A stretch of 64,000 nt of DNA, taken from assembly GCF_009914755.1 (NCBI RefSeq), contig NC_060930.1; one strand, given 5' to 3'. Shown in pieces: positions 1 to 14,720 of this stretch. Source of the stretch: the human T2T-CHM13v2.0 reference genome, Homo sapiens. Every line of letters begins with the position of its first letter. The stretch's first letter is position 1. A program made the position numbers and the translations under genes. The notes beneath the pieces were generated by a model. It saw only the letters and a list, made by a program, of their open reading frames with translations, did no database searches and was not told the DNA's origin.

Positions 1-329
1 TTTAGTCAGCTTATGGTTAGAGACAAAAAAGACCAAGTAATGGCAATTGAGAGCATGAAAATGCAGATCGGGGGTAGGTACTAGATGCTGAGGGAGCACA
101 CAGGGAGGCCCTTGGACCCTCTTGGAGATCAGAGATTCATACAGTTGTGTGGCACAGTTCAGAAAGGCTTATATTCACATGTGTGTCTTGAAATCAAATG
201 TGCCCTGAATAATAATGAAGAGCTAGCCAGATAGACGAGAAGAAAGGATGTTCAAATTGCTTAGGGGCAACATGTCTAAAGCTAAGAGAACATATTTGGG
301 AGGCTTCAGATGTTCTCATTTTCATCTCT

Positions 330-1330
<1,001 letters not shown>

Positions 1331-2103
1331 CACAGTGGAATCAAACTAGAAATGTTATCAGGAAAATAATAATAACCTTTGCAAACACTTGGAACCTGAG
1401 TAACACATTTCTAAATCTACAGGTCAAAGAGAGAATCTTGAGGACAAATTTAAAAATATATCAAACTTAATAAAATAAATATAGAACATTTTTCTTCTCT
1501 CAGTCAAAGCATTGTTGACAGAAAAATTCACAGCAATTCAGTCATCTAATATCCTACCTCAACAATTCAAAATAAATAGAAAAAAGCCCCAATGCAATCA
1601 ATAGAAAATAATTACTAATGTTAACAGCATGAATCAATGATATTGAAAACAGAAATAATAGAGAAAATCGATGAAAAAAAAGCTGGCCTTCAGAAATATC
1701 AATATAATTGACAAACATCTAGTAAATCTGACAAAGGGAAAAAGAGAAGGCACAAATTGTTTATATCTGAAATAAAACTGGGGATATCACTACCAACCCT
1801 GCAGAAATCAACAGGCTAATAATAGAACACTATGAACAGCTTTACACACACAAAACTTAGATGAGTTGAACCAAATCCTTGAAATAACACACACACTATC
1901 ATAACTCACCCAATATGAAATAGTTACTCTGAATAGGACTATAATTATTAATACAATTGAATACATGATTGAAAAACTCTCCCCAAAAAGAGAGCTGCAA
2001 GCTCAGTTGGTTCCACTGAAGAAGAGTTCTACACAGACTCTTCTAGAAAACTGATGAAGAAAGAATACTTTCTAACTAATTTTATAAACCTAATATTACT
2101 CTG
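1331..2103 (+). mobile_element. L1M ORF2 fragment
   Basis: A-rich degenerate ORF2 sequence (ggaatcaaactagaa..., gatatcactaccaaccctgcagaaatcaacagg...). Confidence 0.8.
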
Positions 2104-2623
2104 TGTGATGGTTAATACTGAGTGTCAACTTGACTGCATTGAAGGATGCAAAGAATTGTTCCTGGGTGTGTCTGTGAGGGTGTTGCCAAAGGAGATTAAG
2201 ATTTAAGTCAGTGGACTGGGAAAGGCAGACTCACCCTCAATCTGGGTGGGCACAATCTAATCAGCCGCCAGCGTGGCCAGAATACAAAGCAGGCAGAAGA
2301 ACGTGGAAGGACTAGGCAGCTTAGTCTTCTGGCCTCCATCATTCCCCTGTGCTGGATGCTTTCTGCCCTGGAACATCAGACTCCAAGTTCTTCAGCTTTG
2401 GGACTCTTGGACCTTTGACCGTAGACTGAAGGCTGCAGTGTTGGCTTCCCTACTTTTGAGATTTTGGGACTTGGGCTGGCTTCCTTGCTCCTCAGCTTGC
2501 AGACACAGCCTATTGTGGGACCTCACCTTGTAATTGTGTGAGTCAATACTCCTTAATAAACTCCCCTTTGTATATATATCTATCTTATTATTTCAGTCCC
2601 CCTGGAGAACCCTGACTGATACA
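2104..2623 (+). mobile_element. MLT2A-type (ERVL) solo LTR
   Basis: TG...CA ends (tgtgatggttaatactgagtgtcaacttg...gagaaccctgactgataca). 5-bp TSD ctctg at 2099-2103 and 2624-2628. Confidence 0.9.
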
Positions 2624-2628
2624 CTCTG

Positions 2629-3840
2629 CACATTTGTTGAAAATCAATTGACTGTACATGTGTGGGTCTCATTCCATTTCTGTCTTGTTCTATGACCTGT
2701 TTGCTATCTTGTTCCCAATGCCACACTGTCCTGAAATCCAGTAGTTTCATTTCATCGATTAGAACCTGCAACCCCATGTTGAACAAAAATGGTGAGAAGG
2801 AAATATCTGTGACTTGCTCCTGATCTTCAACCTCTCACCCCTAGGTATGATGCTGTTTATAGTTGTGGGTTTTTGTTTTGTTTTGTAGATGCTGCTTATC
2901 CAGCTGAAGACGTTTCCTTCAATTTCTAGTTTGCTGACATTTACTTCATCAGTAATGGTTGTCGGATTTTGTCAAGTGCTTGCTTTTTCTGCATTGATTG
3001 GGATGATCATATACTTTTTTTCAGTTTATTAATGTAATAAATTACATTCATTGATTTTTTAAATATTACACCAATCTCATATTACTCAGCTAAATCCGAA
3101 GTGGTCATAATGCATTATGCTTTTGATACATTGTTGGATTCAATTTTCTAAAATTGTTAACAATTATTTTTTCATGTATGTCTATGTGTTATATTGGTCT
3201 GTAGTTTTCATTTGTTGTAATGTCTTTTTTTAAACAGCTTTGTATTGATCTATATTTGATATATACAAAACTGTACATATTTAATGTATACAATTTGATG
3301 AGTTTGGATATATGTATACAACTGTGGAACCACCACAATCAAGGGAAGAGACATATCCAGCACCTCTAGAAACTTCCTCCTCTGCCTTTGTTTTGTTGTT
3401 TTTTTGTGGTAAAAACACTTAAAAACTTAAGTGCACAATACAGTGCTGTCAACTTACAGGCACTCTATTGTAGAGCAGATCTCTAGAACTTATTCATGTC
3501 ACGCAACTGAAACTTTATGTCCATTGAACAACACTCCCCTGTCTGGTTTTAATATGAGGGTAATGGTGGCTTCACTGACTGGGTTGGGAAGTATTCGTTC
3601 CTCTGGAATTTTTCTGGGAGAGCTTAAATAAAACTGGTATTATTTCTTCTTTAAAAAATTGGTAGAATTTCACAGTAAGGCAATATGGGCCTGGGGATTT
3701 CTTTGTGGAAAGGCTTTCAATTATGAATTCAATTTGTTTAGTAGATAGAGTGCTACTTAGGTTTTCTATTTCTCCTTGTGTGAAGTTTTGATAGTCGCAT
3801 CTCAAAGAATTTGTCCATTTCATCTAAATTGTCAACTTAC
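2629..3840 (-). mobile_element. L1M ORF2 fragment in inverted orientation, with a nested L1MA/MB 3'-end piece at about 3225-3540
   Basis: Minus-strand remnant ORF 3572-3823 resembles ORF2 (KKSPGP...FYQFFKEEIIPVLFKL). Left end reads PHMYSQLIFNK on the minus strand. Confidence 0.85.
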
Positions 3841-3844
3841 TGGA

Positions 3845-5100
3845 GTGTTTGGATATCCACAGGCCAAAAAAAAAAAAAAAATGCATCTTGACCTAAACCT
3901 TACACTATATACAAAAATTAACTCAAAATAGATCACAGACTTAAATATAAAATGAAAAAATTACAAAGTATTTAGAAAAAAACAGAATCTCCATGATCTA
4001 GGGCTAGGTAAAGTATTCTTAGACTTGACACCAAATGGAGTATCCATAAAGGGCAAAATTGGTAAATTTGACTCCATTAAACTAAAGAACTTTTGCTCTT
4101 CCAAAGACCTTATTAAGAGGATGAAACATTACAGAAAATATTTTCAGACTGAGAATCTAACAAAGGACTGATCTTAAGAATATATAAGGAACTATTAAAA
4201 CTCCATAGGAAAGTAAAACAATACAATTAGGACCTAGACATGTCACTGAAGAGGAAATGCAGATAGCAAACACGCATGTAAAAGTATGTTTAACATCACT
4301 AGCTATTAGGGAAATGTAAATTAAAACCAAAATCAGATATCTCTGAATGCCTATCAGAATAGCTGAAATTAAAAATAATGACACCACCAAATACTTGCAA
4401 GGATGCAGACAAATGGATCACTCCTACATTTCTGATGGTAATGTAAAATGTTTCAGCCACTTTGGAAAAGAATTTGGCAGTTTCTTAAATAACTAAACAT
4501 ACAAGCACCATGTGACCCAACAGTTATCCAAAAAGAATGAAGGTTTATGTTCACATAAAATTTGTACACAAATCTTAATTGTAGCTTTATTCATAACAGC
4601 CTCAAATGGGAAACAAATAAGATATTTTTAAATTAGTGAATGTTTAAACAAGCCTTGCTATGTCCAAAACATGGAATACTACTCAACAATGAAAAGGAAT
4701 AAGCTGTTAATACATGCATGTTAGTATATTGATACATGCAACAACCTTGATGACTCTTCAGAAAATTATGTTGAGAAAATGAAATCAATCTCAAAAAGTT
4801 GTATACTATCTAGTAACATTTATAAAACATTCTTGAAATAACAAAATTATCAAAACAGAGAGACACAAGTGTGGTTGCCAGGAGCTAAGGACAGAGGAGA
4901 GGGAGAGGGCAGTGAGTGTGGCTTTAAAAGTTCAACATAAGGGATGTTTGTGGTGATGGAAATGTTCTGTATCTTGACTGTATCATTGTCAATATCTGCA
5001 AGGTGTTACCACTGGGGGAATTGGGCAAAGGGTATATTGGATCTCCCTGTATTGTTTCTTACAACTGCATGCATATCTACAATTATATACAAATTTAATT
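3845..5100 (+). mobile_element. L1MC/MD ORF2 C-terminus and 3' UTR
   Basis: LDLNLTLYTKINSK remnant and a typical L1M 3' UTR (ggtgatggaaatgttctgtatcttgactg). Confidence 0.85.
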
Positions 5101-5869
5101 AATAGAAACCAAGTCTTGACACATTTGGTGAGAAATAAAAATAGAATGTGTGAAAATATGCTTATTGTTCCAGAGGAACAATAAGGCTTGGTCAGGTAAA
5201 ATAACCTGTCAAGTCTGGGCCAGAATACATCACTGGCTTTGGGGTACTACTTTAGTTTGAAACTGTTATGAAATTGCCTTCTCCCCTGCCCCTCCATAAG
5301 ACATGCATTCTGGTGGAAATGTACTTTCCATTTCTTCCTTAAGTTGCACTGAGATAAGCTTGAGGGAGGAGGTTGAAATATGACTGACCTGATTCGTGGC
5401 ATGAATAGTTTGAGACCCATATGGTTTATTTTAAGGGCATCTCTATTCTTTCTCTTCCCCTGCTGAAAAACAGTCCAACATTAGCCACCCTGCAAATTCT
5501 ATTTACTTGCCAACCAATGTCTCACTTTTTACGAGACAACTTCCCTCTGAGGTGTGGCCTTATGCTAATGTATAAGAATTTATTTGAAGTCATGGAAAAT
5601 ATTGCTTCTTATATGCCATTCAAAGTGTTAATATGATTAACATGTAAGTGTTCCTTATAGACAACTAATAAAATGATGAATGCAAGTAAGTACTGATGGT
5701 ATTAGAAGACAATATTTTAGCTTCTTCTCAAGGTGCTTCAAGTATCCTTGAGTTTTAGAGAGAATTTTACCAGGTAGCTTACTGAGGCCCTAATCATAGT
5801 ATCCTCTAGAATAAAACAGGAATACTTAATTCCTCCTTTCCTGAAAATTGTGAAAATGTGTAATTTCAG

Positions 5870-5977
5870 AAAAGAAGAAATGCGTGAGGATTGAAATTGG
5901 CAACCAATCTTTGAAAGCCTAGTAGACACCCGATGCCTTCAACATGTCTTATATGACCCTTGCCTCCAGCCTGTAAG
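5870..5977 (+). ncRNA. Candidate 108-nt internal exon, non-coding
   Basis: Acceptor tttcag| (weak pyrimidine tract) and consensus donor AAG|gtgagt. Stops in all three frames. Confidence 0.35.
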
Positions 5978-7223
5978 GTGAGTTTTGTTTTCCCCATGTA
6001 GCCTAAACGCACCTACTATAAATCAAAAGTAGAGTTTACATTCCCTTTTTTTTTTAGACGAAGCTTACTAATGTATAAAGTCCCACTGATTTCTTTCTTA
6101 GAAGGTAGTTCATAGGCACTCCACCACAAAGTGTCCCTTACGTGTTCCTGAGAGTTCCAGGGAATAAGCAGTGCTCCATCCCAATCACATTTTCAACAGT
6201 TTTGCTCAGCCCACCTTCAGCCACCTTGTCTTGATGTCAAGCTGTGGCCTTTACTGTTGATGATGGTCACTTTCTTGGGTGTGGAAACATGGCTGGCAAG
6301 CCTTGCTGATACTTCCATATGAGCCACGGGCTTGCCACTGACGGTCTGTTTTCCAGAGCTCATCCTGCGTTTCTTATGCTCCCCCTGAATTTACCAGGCA
6401 CCTTTACCTGGGATGCTGGTGGCCCCAGGAATGGGACCCTTCTTAGGCAACACCGTTGTTGCTTTCCTGTAGAGAGGATGGCGCTTTGTTCTGCTGCCAG
6501 CTTGTGGCTTGTCATGCGACAGCCAAGGAAGTCCTCCTGCACGACAGAACCATCCCATGCCCTGCTGGCCTCAGGTTCAGCTTAAATACCCCTCCCTCCC
6601 TGCCTGCGTTACGGTAGGAGGCCGACTTTCTCCTGGCATGCCTGCTGATTTCCTGCCCCACATTAGATCGCTTCTGGGGTGCCTGACATTCAGAATACTC
6701 CTTACCTTCATCAGTCAGGTGATGTTGACCCATGGTTCTATGAGATAATCTCAAAATAATCTAGATTTGGTACGTTCCAGAAATTTGGATTAGTTTGTTT
6801 GGTTTGTGGCTGCATAACATACTTACTTGCCCGTTTACCTTGGCACAGGCTTGGAGAGGAGACACTGGAAGCATGAGCTCCTGAGATGACAAAGACTTTA
6901 CTTTGATTTCACAGTTTAGAGAATCAAGCCATTTCCCTCTGCCTCCTGAGTCACTTTAGTCTGAGCAAGGATAACAAAGTTTAGTGAACCCGAAAGCATA
7001 TTTAGGAAGCGCTATATTGCGAGGTTGAAGCTGAAAATAAGATTGTTTTATTCAGGGTCAGACCCTATTTACTACAAACCTCATTAATTCTTTGCTTTAG
7101 AATAATAAGGGGGCTTGGGCAATGGCCCCACACACATGGGGGTGATCATAGTTGAGGGTTAACAACATGTCTGGGCTTATTCATTTATCTGTTTAGTAAT
7201 AGCTTTTGTTTCCCCTTATCTAG

Positions 7224-7452
7224 TTCGCCAATATTAAAAGATAATGGTGACGAATTTATATTTCACTGGATTTAATTTGCTAGATTACTGGTCCCTCAGG
7301 ACATGTTATAATTGTTATTTTCCAAATAATCGAATGCAAACATCTCAAGATTGTTTAGTTGGGGGCATGGAATTGAAAGTGATCATTTCAAGACAATCTA
7401 TTTGTAATACAATTTGCAACTACATTATGCCACTTGCTCTAGGAGAACATGG
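7224..7452 (+). ncRNA. Candidate exon of a lncRNA or smORF transcript
   Basis: Acceptor cttttgtttccccttatctag| and donor TGG|gtaaat. Contains the ATG at 7244 of the 70-aa ORF. Confidence 0.3.
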
Positions 7453-7579
7453 GTAAATGGATTTGCAAGTAAAATATTTGGTAGAATTAATATTAGTGCC
7501 ATTTTATGTGACTTGTAAAATTCCAGTGTTACTTTAGAGACTGCTTGTGAATGCTAAAATTACTTGTAACTTTTATTAA

Positions 7580-7867
<288 letters not shown>

Positions 7868-8439
7868 TAAACATTAAAACATATCTTCATTTTATGTATT
7901 TTATACATGCTTGCCCACGTTGTGTGTTCATGTTTTTATCTTTTTAACCTATTTATATTGGCATTTGAGAATTAGTGTCCTGAATTTGCAAAACTGGAAT
8001 TTTAATTGAAGTCCAGTTTGTGTAAATCAGATTTACACAGTAGCACTGGCTTCTTGTAATTAGAACGATAAGACTGACATTTTCCTTGGAAAACCACTCA
8101 TGCACCATGTCCATCTCTAGTTGCCTATTTTGCTTCTGATAGGGTTTTTACAATTGGAATCCAACATTTGTTCTCATATCACATAAAACTTTGCTTTAGT
8201 AAATGCTACACAAAAATTACAAAAAGCCAAAGATGGACTCAGTAGATACTTCCACTTGTATTTAATTTGTGGATGTGTGCAGAGATATGTTATCTCGGGT
8301 TTCTAAGGAAAGGCATAGAATCAAACAGAAACCCATGGGAAAATAAGCTTATTCCATGCTGCTGTGAGAAACAAAATGTGCACATAAGTAAATTATGTAG
8401 AGTTAAAACATTCCTTGTACTAAGTTAGCATTCAGCATA

Positions 8440-10500
8440 TAAAATAGACCATTATTATTTTACTGATCCCTTTATGTCCCTTTCTGACTGCATTCTCTAT
8501 AGAGTTATCCATTTTCCTGAGTTTTACATTAATCATTCCTTTGTTTTTTTAATGGTATAATAATCTATGTATATAGAATGAACCACAGTGCTCTAGTTAA
8601 TTTATTAGTTAATTTATTTTCACTGCTTTTTAGCGTTCCACTTTAAAGATATTTTGCAATTGATTTGTCAGTGCTACTATGGCTAGGTATTCCAAGTCAT
8701 TACTTCTCTTTGTTATTATGAACGGTGCTACTCTAAACATCCTCATACACCTCCTGGTGTACATGAGCAATATTTTCTCTGGGGGTTTGCTTAGTTATAG
8801 GTATTCCGATGTCCAGCTTTGCAAGGGAATACCAAAGTGTACTTCAATGCATTTGCACCAGTTTCCCCTGTCACTGGCATGTATTTGTTCTCATTGTTCT
8901 ACTTCCTTACCAACATTGGATATCACTAGACTTAAATTTTTGCTAATTTGGTAGTAGTAAAGTAGATTTTAAATTGTGGATTTAATTTTCATTTTTCTGA
9001 TACATACTGTTCTCATGTCATACAAAGCTTTGTTTTAGTAAATGCTACAAAAAATACAAAAAGGTAACAGGGGACTCAACAGATATTTCCATTTGTGTTT
9101 AATTTGTGGATATGTGGAGAGATCAGTATGTTATCTTGGATTTCTAAGGAAAGGCATGGAATCAAACGGAAACCCATGGAAAATAAGTTTATTCCATGCT
9201 GTTGAGCCTCATTTCAGATTTTTGTGGGCCATTCCTGTGTCTATTTCTGTCTTTTTTTTTGTTTTCTGTCATTTAAGCCCTCTTTGGGGGCCAATTTTTC
9301 CATCGAGTTGTTTGTCTTTTTCTTGTGATTAGTAAACTATATCTATATACACACACGTGTGCACACACACATACTTTGTATACTAATCCTTCATCCATTT
9401 TAAGTGGTGAAAATATTGTCTCTCAGTGTGTGGCTTGCCATTTCACTTTATGGTATCTTTTGAGAAATAGAAACTTTTTCGTTTTAATGTAGTTACAATT
9501 ATCCATCTTGTATAATTATCCATTCTGTTTTTTGGGGTCTTATTTAAGAAATCCTTTCGCTTATAGGTCATAGGATTTTCTTACATTTTTTCTGAAGAGG
9601 TTAATAGAAATGTCAATATTTTCCATATGAATACCACTTACTATAGACTTCATTCTTTCCCCACTCATCTGCCATGCACGCTCTGTCATATATCATCTGC
9701 ATATATGTGGATCTCTTTCTGGGCTCCCTGAATGTTCACCTTGGTCTTAATGTCACACTGTTTTAATTACTACCACTTTACAATACACTTTGGTTACTAT
9801 TACTTGCTTAAATATTTATAACTTTATTACCATTACTTTATAATAAGCTTTGATATCCAGTAGGGCAATTACTTCTACCTTGTTCTTCAAGAGAGCTTTG
9901 GCAATCCTTGGTCATTTATATTTTCTTCTAAATTTTAGAAATAGCTAAATGTTTCTAAATATTTTTATGTTTAGATGTTTGTGAAAAACAGCTGAGAAAT
10001 GTATTGGAATTAGACTGAATTGATAGAACAGTTTCTGAAGAATTGATATATGTTCAAATTCAAAAATTTGATGTAACTCTCATTTTACTTAGATCTTCTT
10101 TAATATCTGCTTTTAAATGTCTTACACATCTTTGGTGAGATATTATTTTAATAGAATGCTTAAAATATTCTAAGTTAATTCTAAGGTTATATATGTTTCT
10201 TTTCTATTTAAATGGTGTCTTTAATTATTTAAATAACTCTGTTGTAGAATAGAAACGCAATTATACCTCTGTATATTGATTTTGTATTCATAATTTTGCC
10301 AAATTCTCTTATTACTGAGATTGTAATATTTTATCTGTTGACTACTTAAGATTTCTTTATAGATGATCGTATTTTCTAAAAATAATGACGATTTGGTTTA
10401 TTTTATTCCAGTTTTACATTGTAACATTTTGTTAGTGTACTTTACTACATTTGCTTATTTTGGTCCTGATCTTATGAAAGATACTTGTAACTTTTCACTC
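8440..10500 (-). mobile_element. Ancient L1ME-like fragment
   Basis: T-rich antisense L1 ORF2/3' motifs (gatttaattttcatttttctga...gttgagc, ttttctaaattttagaaatagc). Confidence 0.7.
9008..9206 (+). repeat. Diverged direct copy of 8169-8368
   Basis: Manual alignment gives about 85% identity, including shared gtttctaaggaaaggcat.gaatcaaac.gaaacccatgg-type blocks. Confidence 0.95.
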
Positions 10501-11199
10501 ATTCAACACATAGTCAGACATGGCTCAGCATATGCCAGTAAAAAACCAGCAAAACAAAAGCCAGCAGAAATCTCATACTTCATAAAGCTTACATTTTACA
10601 AAGGTAGGCGTGAAGAGAGAAAATGAGCAATCAGTATAACATGTAACTATATTATATAGCATTCTAGAAGGTGGTGCTTGTCATTGGGGGAACAGTGCAG
10701 AGAAAGGTGGCTCAGGTCTGGGGAGATATTGCAAATTTTAAATTAGGTCATTAGGTAGAACAAGGCCACCCAACACAGACACAGAGAAGCCATCCAGGAA
10801 GCTCCAACCCTCTAAGTGAGACATGGTTGCGACTCTGAACGTGGTGGTCTGGAGGGGCTCAGATCTTGATACTTTCTGAATACACAGTTAATGAGATTTC
10901 CTGAGAGTTAGAATGTCAGATGTAAGAGGCAGAGAGGAGTTAAGAATTACTGAACAAAGGAAGGCTGAAGTTGCCAGCTGGCCCACTGAGATGGGGAAGG
11001 TTTCAGGTTTGAATAGGAACAACAGGAATTTGGCTATTGACACACTGCTTTTGGATTTGTAGAGGGCTTTTAACAGGTTTAAGAAGTTCCTTTCTGTTCC
11101 TCATACTAACACATATATATAGGGCACTTCAGCTCTTCACGTTTAATGCTCAGAATAACTCTATGACTGCTGGCCTGCAGCGGTGTTTTAGATTCTGGT

Positions 11200-12560
11200 T
11201 GTGACCATTCTGTTTTGCTTCTCAGACATCCCAACTGAAGTCTCTTTCCTTTTCCCTCACATAAATCCTTGAGAATTTTCTTTAGTGAGAGACTTCTGGA
11301 ACAAACTCAATTTTGACTTGTCTGAATGTATCTTTATTTTGCTGTCATTCTTGAAAGATATGGAAGTCTCGATTGACTATTATTTTTCATCAGCACTTTG
11401 AAGATATTAATTACATTGCCTTATGGATTCTTTTTTACTGTTGAGAAGTCATCATCCTGTTTCTTCCTGGTGATCTGTCTTTCCTCCTTGGTTCTTTACT
11501 ATTCTGCAGTTTCACAGCTGTGATTTTTATTTATGTGATTGACATGAATGTTGATTGACATTGGGCTCCTTGGCTGTAAGAATTGGTACATTTCAGCAAT
11601 TCTGGAAAATGTCCAGCCATTATCACTGTCCTTTGAACATTGATTCTTATCCTTTATATTTATTTTCTCCTTCTGGAACTATAGTTAGACAAATGTTAAA
11701 GTGTTCCACTTTCTTTCGGTGGCACAATCTCTCTATCGTATTTCTCCTCTCTTTTTCATCTGTGCTGCATTCTGGATGACTTCTTCAGCTCTGTTTGCCA
11801 ATTCGCTAATTTTTTCCTTAACTTTCTCCAACCTGATGTTTAATTCATTAACTTATTTTCATATCATTTGTAGAAGATAAAATTATGATGTCATTCTTTT
11901 TCAAATTTTCATGTTTCTAAGTAAACTCGTTCTACTTTCTACTATTTCTAGGCTTTTCTTTGCTTAAACATGTGAAATGTAATACATGTGTATTCTGATC
12001 ATTGCTGTTTTGTAACCCTTACGGACTTCCTTCTGCTATCTCCTGTTATGACTGGCACTCATGCATGCTGTGTTTGTTTCCTTCTGTGTTTTATGCTTGT
12101 TTAATTGTCAACTACTCATTTTCTTTGGGATTTCATGCAGGAATATTTTTATTCCTGGGTCCCCTGAACTGGGGACAATTCTGATCTGCTTCTGCTAGTT
12201 GCCTGGTGCTCTACCAGACTTTGGGCTACACATATTCCCCGCATGCAAACAGTGCCAAACCTGAGGCCATCAATTCCCTTTTGAAGAGTGGCTTTATTCA
12301 TTCTCTATCCCAGCTTTATATGGGAAGGCATCCTGTGAGATTCCTCATGTTGGGCAGGCCTAGATTTTATCTCTGGTTTCACATCAAAGCAGAAGCTCAA
12401 GGCCTCTAAGGCTTGGATGAAATCCCCAGACAAAAGGCAACTTTTGTTCTGGCAGTTCTTGCTTATTTCCCAGGTTCCTGCTTTCATTTTCATTTGGACC
12501 TCTGAGATTCCTTCTGTGCCAACTCAAAAATGCGGTGCAATATTACCGTCTATCTCTCAT
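11200..12560 (-). mobile_element. Ancient L1M/HAL1 ORF1 and 5' region
   Basis: Antisense motifs such as gtatctttattttgctgtcattcttgaaagata and tcagcaattctggaaaat...cagccattat. Confidence 0.6.
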
Positions 12561-13139
12561 CTCTCTCTCTTCCAGCATTTTAGTTGTCTCAATAAAGAAG
12601 GCAGGGTCACCCACGGTATCTTGTCTGCTAGAAATGCAGCTCCAACTTAACATTTTAATAAAAAAATTTAGAATATCATGGGCATTTAAATATAAAATAG
12701 TCATAAGTGATATATTTTGAATATTGGCTTGAAATTTTTCATTGAGATATTTATTTTCATTCTTATACTCACTATAATATTTTATTACTTAAGGACTAGA
12801 AACTATAGCCTATAAAGTTCCCAGTTATCATATTTTATATTTCTGATATATATTTTGTTTCTTTTAAAATTATTGAAGAGCCTTAAACTCTAGATTCCAA
12901 GAAAAGTTGTTCTATGCTAATATTTCCTAAGGGGTTGAGTTTATGTGTGGGAGAAGGTAAAAACAACTGTTCTTTCAATTATTTCTTTTTGGATTTTGTT
13001 CTATAAATGCACATAAATTATGCTTTTTAAACAGCCATGTATACATGGTGATTTTCATAATTGAAGGATTTTTCTAACAGTATCCACTAAGCACTTAATG
13101 ATGCTGTTTGATGAGAAGAAATATTCTAAGCAAATAGGC

Positions 13140-14720
13140 TTCACAGAAGTAGAAAAAACACTCCTAAAATTTGTATGAAACTACAAAAGACCCTGAATAG
13201 CCAAAGCCATCCTGAAAAATAAGAACAAAGCTGTAGGCACTGCACCACCATCTTTAAAAATATACTACAAAGCACAAAGGAGCCAAGAACATGCAATGAG
13301 AAAAGGATAGTCTCTTCAATAAATGGTGTTGAGAAAAATGGATATCCATAATAGAAGAATGAAATGAGACCCTTATCACATACCATATGCAAAAATCAAC
13401 TCAAAATGTGTGAAAACCTTAAATGTAAGACCTAAAACTATGAAGCTACCAGAAGAAAACATGGGGAGACACTCCCTGACATTAGTCTGGGCAATACTCT
13501 TTTGGATATGACCCCAAAAACACAGGCAACAAAAGCAAAAATAGACAAGTGGAATTATATCAAACTAAAAATCTTCTGCATAGCAAGGGAAACAATTAAC
13601 AGACCAAAGAGACAGCCCATGCATGGGATGGGAGAAAATATTTTTAAACTCTACATCTGACAAAGCGTTAAGATCCAAAACATACAAGGAACTCAACTGA
13701 AAAGACAGAAAAAAATAGCCCAACAAAAACATGAGCAAAGGACCTGAATAGACATTTCTCCAAAAAGGACATGCAAATGGCTAACAGGTATATGAAAAAG
13801 TCCTCAGCATCACTAATCATCAGGGAAACACAAATTTAAAAACTCAGTGAGATATCACTTTACACCTGTTAGGATGGCTATTATCAAGAAGACAAAAGAT
13901 AACAAGTGTAGGTGAGAATATGAGAAAAGGGAACCCTTGTGCATTGTTGGTGGGAATACAAATTAGAACAGCCATTATGGACAACAGAACCACCTGTGAT
14001 CCAGCAATGACACTACTGGGTGTAGAGCCAAAGGGAATGAAGTCAGTATGTGGAAGAGATGTCGGCATTCCTATGTTCATTGCAGCACTAGTCACAATAG
14101 CCAAGATATGGAATCAACCTAAGTGTCCATCAATAGAGAAACGGTTAAAAAAAATGTGCTACACTTTCTTACATATATTCATATATTCTTACATGTATTT
14201 TTGCTTAAATATAGGAAAACATTTTCTGTATTTTCTTATATATGCACAAGGAAATACTATTCAGCCTTGAAAGAGAAGGAAATTCTGTCATTTGTGACAA
14301 CGTAAATAAAGCTGACGGATATTATGTTAAGTGAAGTAAGTCAAGCACAGAAAGATAAATGCCATATGATCTCATTCATATGTGAAATCTGAAAAGGTTG
14401 AATTTATAGAAGCAGAGAGTATAATGCTGGTTACCAGAGGTTGGGGTGATTTATAGGGGATGTCACGGAGATGTCGGTCAGAGGGTACAAAAGCTTAGTT
14501 AGACAGAAGGAATCAGTTCAGGAGATCTATACAACATGGTGACTATAGTTAATAGTAATATATTGTGTTCTTGAACAATGCTAAGAGAGTAGATGTAAAA
14601 TGTTCTTATCACGAAAGTCATAATTATGTGAGGTAATGGATGTTAATTATGTAGATTTAGTCACTCCACAATGTATATGTTTCAAAACATCATGTTTTAC
14701 ATGATATATATGATACATAT
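13140..14720 (+). mobile_element. L1MA-type 3' fragment
   Basis: ORF2 C-terminal remnant (PMFIAALVTIAKIWNQPKCPS) and an L1MA-like 3' UTR. Confidence 0.9.

Noticed and set aside
13844-14305. ORFs with L1 ORF2-like peptide
   Set aside because: These are decayed L1MA remnants with deletions and frameshifts, not a host gene or an active element.
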